Of a stretch of 36,490 nt of DNA, positions 33,010-36,490 are shown one piece after another (the first letter of the stretch is position 1; each line of letters opens with the position of its first letter). The notes under the pieces were generated by a model. It was not told where the DNA came from and ran no database searches. It saw nothing but the letters and a program-made list of their open reading frames with translations. The position numbers were made by a program, and so were the translations under genes. Source of the stretch: Octopus bimaculoides (lineage: Eukaryota); contig NC_069000.1 in the NCBI RefSeq assembly GCF_001194135.2, forward strand, positions 18,822,454-18,858,943, given 5' to 3'.

Positions 33010-34750
33010 ATCATACTGGCTGGTGACATCAATGGTGATGTTGGGAAGGACTCTGATGGATTTCATGGTGTGCATGGAGCTTATGGCCTTGGTTCTAAAA
33101 GTGATGCAAATAACTTGCTGGTCAGCAATACTAATTTAGAAAACCTGCCAGCCATCTTATCTATCAAGTTGGTGCGAACACCAGTCAAATTGACAACATT
33201 TGACAGGTGGTTACTTTTGAATGTCAAGTCTTTCACAATTGAAGAATGTACAACTCAACATAGATTTGTGGTTTGCAACTTCAGAGTTCAGGCTAGACAG
33301 ACCCAGAAACACATTGGTATGGAAAAGGTTATGGAAGCTTAAGGACCCTTCAACTGGCCAGAGATGTAGAGACATCCTAAAAGAAGCATTTGAGAAGATG
33401 GAGAAAGATTTAGAGATGCATGACATAGAGGACAACTGGAAGTTCTTATGGGATACTTACTGGGGGCTGCATACCTAATCTGTGGCTGGAGCAAAGCTTC
33501 TGCCAGAATAAGGGTGATGTGATGGAGCAGAGCCAAAAAGAGAAGAGACACAATTAGGAAGAATGGAGAAGTGGGGGAGAATCACTACTGATGCTATTTT
33601 CACAATCAGGCAATTTCAAGAGATGTATTTAGTGAACTGTTGTACTTGGTCTTTGTTGGAAAAAGCCTTCAGCTGAATAGTTTGCTCTGTGGTATGGTGG
33701 TCTCTAAGGATACTAGGGATAGGTGAAAGCTATGTACAGGGGTACTGTCAGTAAGATGAAAGTTAGCCATGAGTTTAGTGAGGAATTTGGTGTACATGCT
33801 CAGACCTCAGCTCCCTCCTATTCATCATCATCCTCCAGGCCATAACAGGAATTTAAGTCTGGCCATCCATGTAACAAAATTAGAGAAGAAACTCCAGGTA
33901 TGGAAACAAGACCTGGAATTGAACAGCCTTAAAATTAACTTAACAAAGACCAAGTAAGCATGATAACAGACAGGACCCTACCCACTTCAGGTAAAAGGCA
34001 TTGCTTAAGTATAGAAAAGGTGTGGGTAGGAATTCCATTCAGTGTACCTAGAGCAACCTATGGACTTACAAAAGGTTCGGTGGAACCACAGGAGGATTAA
34101 CAGAGAAAGTAGTGTATGTGTGTGTGGAGGATACACAAGAGCCATAAAGTCAACAGATACATGGGAAATTGATTTTCTCAAATATACCAGAGGCTTTCTA
34201 GAGGTTATAGATAATTTTTCTGCTACCTAGGTGATCAAATTAGCAGTGGAGAAGGATGTACAAAAAGTGTGATTGTTAGAATAAGAATAGGATGGAAATA
34301 GTTCAGAGATTTCACCTCTATTGGCAAACACAGGTCTCTCTCTCTCTAAGTGAAAGTAAGGTTATGTGAGACGTGTACAAACAACAATGCATCATAGTAA
34401 TGAGACATAGACCTTGAATGCAGACAACATGCAAAGATTAAAGAGGAAGCTAGTATGCTCCACTGAGTGTGCAGTGTCAGTGTACATGTGCAACAGAACA
34501 CTAGTGTATTGAGAAGAATGTTAGGCATAATTATAAGTGTCAATCACTCAAAGTGGAGGGAAGCCATGGAAGAGGCAGACCCAGGAAAACAGGGGATGAA
34601 ATATTGAAGGTTGGTCTCAAGATTCTGAGCCTTATGAAGGAGATGACAAAGGACTAAGATATCCTGGCACCTTGCTGTGCTTGAGAAGATCCATCCACTA
34701 CAACAGAACTGATATCCTAAAACCATCTTGTTAAACACTTGCATGTATGG
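33010..34750 (+). mobile_element. Decayed, internally deleted RTE-clade LINE (APE endonuclease to RT to 3' UTR)
   Basis: LAGDINGDVG..GFHGVHGAYGLGS, TTQHRFVVCNF and LVWKRLWKLKD (APE region), then GLKINLTKTK-like RT pieces, with many stops. Confidence 0.85.
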
Positions 34751-34759
34751 AGTTCCATC

Positions 34760-35582
34760 CCACTTCCATTCTCATCATCCCATCAAGTTCCCCCCCCCCC
34801 ACATCTCATTCCCTAACACTCATCACTTCTTTATCTCTATTATTATTTGGCTACCATAATCACCTGAGAGCAGAATAGGCTCTACATCCCCTTCCTTTCA
34901 TTACCTTCCTCTTCCCAGAACCACTTCTATTACCTTCCCTTATCTTTTTTCCAGCCATGTTCTCTCTCCTTTGCTATACTCCATCCTTAGTACCACTTCC
35001 ATTTCTCATTACTTTCCTCCAACCACACTCCCTCCTTGCTGCTATATTCCATCCTTAACACCTCCTTTATCCCCTATCACTCCCAATCCCCTCACATATC
35101 TAACATAACCCCTCCCCTGGACCATTCCTCTATCTCTCACCTTCAGTTACTAGAGTCACCTCTATCCCATCTAACCCTCTCTCCTCACATTCTTATGAAA
35201 TTTTCCCTTCTGTGCCTCCTGTACACTCATCCAGTCCAGTAGTCTATATCACTTCACCTGTAGTCACCACTGTACCTTGAGGGTATATCCTGACATATCC
35301 ATCACCATCTCTCTCACTCCGGCCACCTCTCTCTTTTCTCCCTTCTGTTCCATCTGGGGTATCCTTATATATCCATTACAGCGAGGTAACAACCATCTCT
35401 AACCTCTTATCAACTTACAGAAAGCAACCTTCTCCCAGTTGAGAGGACTTCGTCTTGCAAGCTATTTGGTGACCCCCCCCCCCACAACAATGCTAGTGCC
35501 TTAAAAAGAGCACCCAGTACACTCTGTAAAGTGGTTAGCATTAAGTCAGGTATTCAGCCATAGAAACTGTGCCAAAACAGAT
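34760..35582 (+). repeat. Pyrimidine-rich interspersed repeat ending in an RTE-tail-like segment, truncated by the LTR insertion
   Basis: 35490-35582 (AGCACCCAGTACACTC...CAGCCATAGAAACTGTGCCAAAACAGAT) is the reverse complement of the tail at 3170-3250. Confidence 0.55.
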
Positions 35583-35937
35583 TGTAGTAACGCCGTGCGC
35601 ATGCGTAGTCTCACGCATGTGTGGAATTCAACAACCAAGCTTTCCCGCTTTGATCGATCTCTTTCTTACTGGCCAGCGATTGAGCAAGGATGTGTCTAGC
35701 TGTCTCTCCATCTTTCGAATTCACGCTAAACAGCTCACATCAACATACCAACGTCCCAACAACCATGTTCTCACACACGGAAGACGTCTCAACAAACAAG
35801 ATTAAAGATGTATATTTTCCACCTTGAATAAATATTGTTTGTGTTGATAGTTTGGAGTTCAGCGTTCCGTTCAATTTCTAATTTTATATAGGAAAGTTAG
35901 GTGTACATCTAATGATGTATAACCCACTTCTCTATAC
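35583..35937 (+). mobile_element. 5' LTR of a young LTR retroelement (tRNA-Trp primed, CsRn1-like Gypsy by inference) that continues past the window
   Basis: Starts TGTAGT at an abrupt break in the host repeat, is CpG-rich, has AATAAA at 35827-35832 and is followed at once by a TGG PBS. No second LTR lies in the window, and the 3' end reads TATAC rather than CA. Confidence 0.75.
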
Positions 35938-35977
35938 TGGTGACCCCGACGTGATTCAGACACGCAGCCCGCTGAGC
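35938..35977 (+). promoter_or_regulatory. Primer-binding site 1, complementary to the tRNA-Trp(CCA) 3' end, unusually extended
   Basis: TGGTGACCCCGACGTGATTCAGACACGCAGCC versus the reverse complement of metazoan tRNA-Trp as recalled, TGGTGACCCCGACGTGATTCGAACACGCAGCC: 30/32. Confidence 0.88.
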
Positions 35978-36026
35978 TACAATAACAACTATTTCTATAT
36001 AACTGATAACCAACATTCCTATAAAG

Positions 36027-36039
36027 TGGTGACCCCGAC
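36027..36039 (+). promoter_or_regulatory. Primer-binding site copy 2 (13 nt, tRNA-Trp)
   Basis: TGGTGACCCCGAC, identical to the first 13 nt of PBS1. Confidence 0.85.
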
Positions 36040-36083
36040 TAAGAAAAAACGCGGCCATGGATTCTGGACTACCAACCTATAAC

Positions 36084-36096
36084 TGGTGACCCCGAC
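36084..36096 (+). promoter_or_regulatory. Primer-binding site copy 3 (13 nt, tRNA-Trp)
   Basis: TGGTGACCCCGAC, part of a 57-nt tandem duplication with copy 2. Confidence 0.85.
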
Positions 36097-36490
36097 TAAA
36101 GTACAAATGCGGCCATGGAGACTGAACTACCAAGCAACGATGACCACTAACGCCACCAACATCTCCAACCATAGTCAACACGACTTACTATGTACACCGA
36201 ACTAAACCACCGCGGAAAATCTCTCTCTTCGATTCTGTTAGGTGACTTAGCTTCACCACGATAATAAACAGACAAGAATTACAGCCTGTGATACTTCCAA
36301 TTGTGTACTCAAGAACTTGGTATAAAACTCTCACGTGTACTGACTTTCTATCTGCTGTAATATCTCGCATACATATAGACGGCCTGTCTTTTATTATGTT
36401 CTTATATGTCGCATTCACACTCTCACATACACATACATCTTTTATGCCACACTAAATATCTCTTGTTATTCATTTTATACGGTTGTGTTT

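Noticed and set aside
35466-35475. TGGTGACCCC upstream of the LTR resembling a fourth PBS
   Set aside because: Only 10 nt, outside the LTR, followed by poly-C, and explained by CpG decay in the host repeat.
36111-36131. GGCCATGGAGACTGAACTACC, recalled as similar to a segment of vertebrate AmnSINE1/Deu-domain SINEs
   Set aside because: Memory-based and unverifiable here, and the flanks do not extend the match. A Dfam search would settle it.

Overview
AT-rich, CpG-depleted eukaryotic DNA, most likely from an octopus (inferred from tRNA-SINE and RTE-LINE families recalled from octopus genomes), with one 10-N scaffold gap at 9717-9726. There are no prokaryotic genes, CRISPR arrays, rRNA or true tRNA genes. 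The window holds the 3' part of a + strand gene for a single-pass membrane protein. A transmembrane exon (4168-4305) is followed by small exons that join in frame through GT-AG sites: 5949-5972, 15192-15225, 16081-16181, 17312-17335, 18073-18083, 23025-23051 and a probable last exon from 26535. The predicted tail is disordered and Tyr-rich, and the exact 3' end is ambiguous. The introns and flanks are full of mobile DNA: about 20 co-oriented tRNA-SINEs, a dead Helitron helicase, RTE, Tx1-like and R4/Dong-like LINE pieces, a hAT MITE, a decayed 4-kb Ty3/Gypsy element and Penelope-like fragments. A young LTR element starts at 35583. The most unusual items are: three tandem tRNA-Trp primer-binding sites (the first matching about the whole 3' half of the tRNA); a 137-bp, 62% GC, CpG-rich, hairpin-forming insert of unknown origin inside a SINE; one-Tyr-per-microexon cassettes with an 11-nt frame-switch exon; and two long inverted repeats (311-bp arms at about 97% identity, and 101-bp perfect arms). 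All splice models and family names come from manual reading and recall, not database searches.
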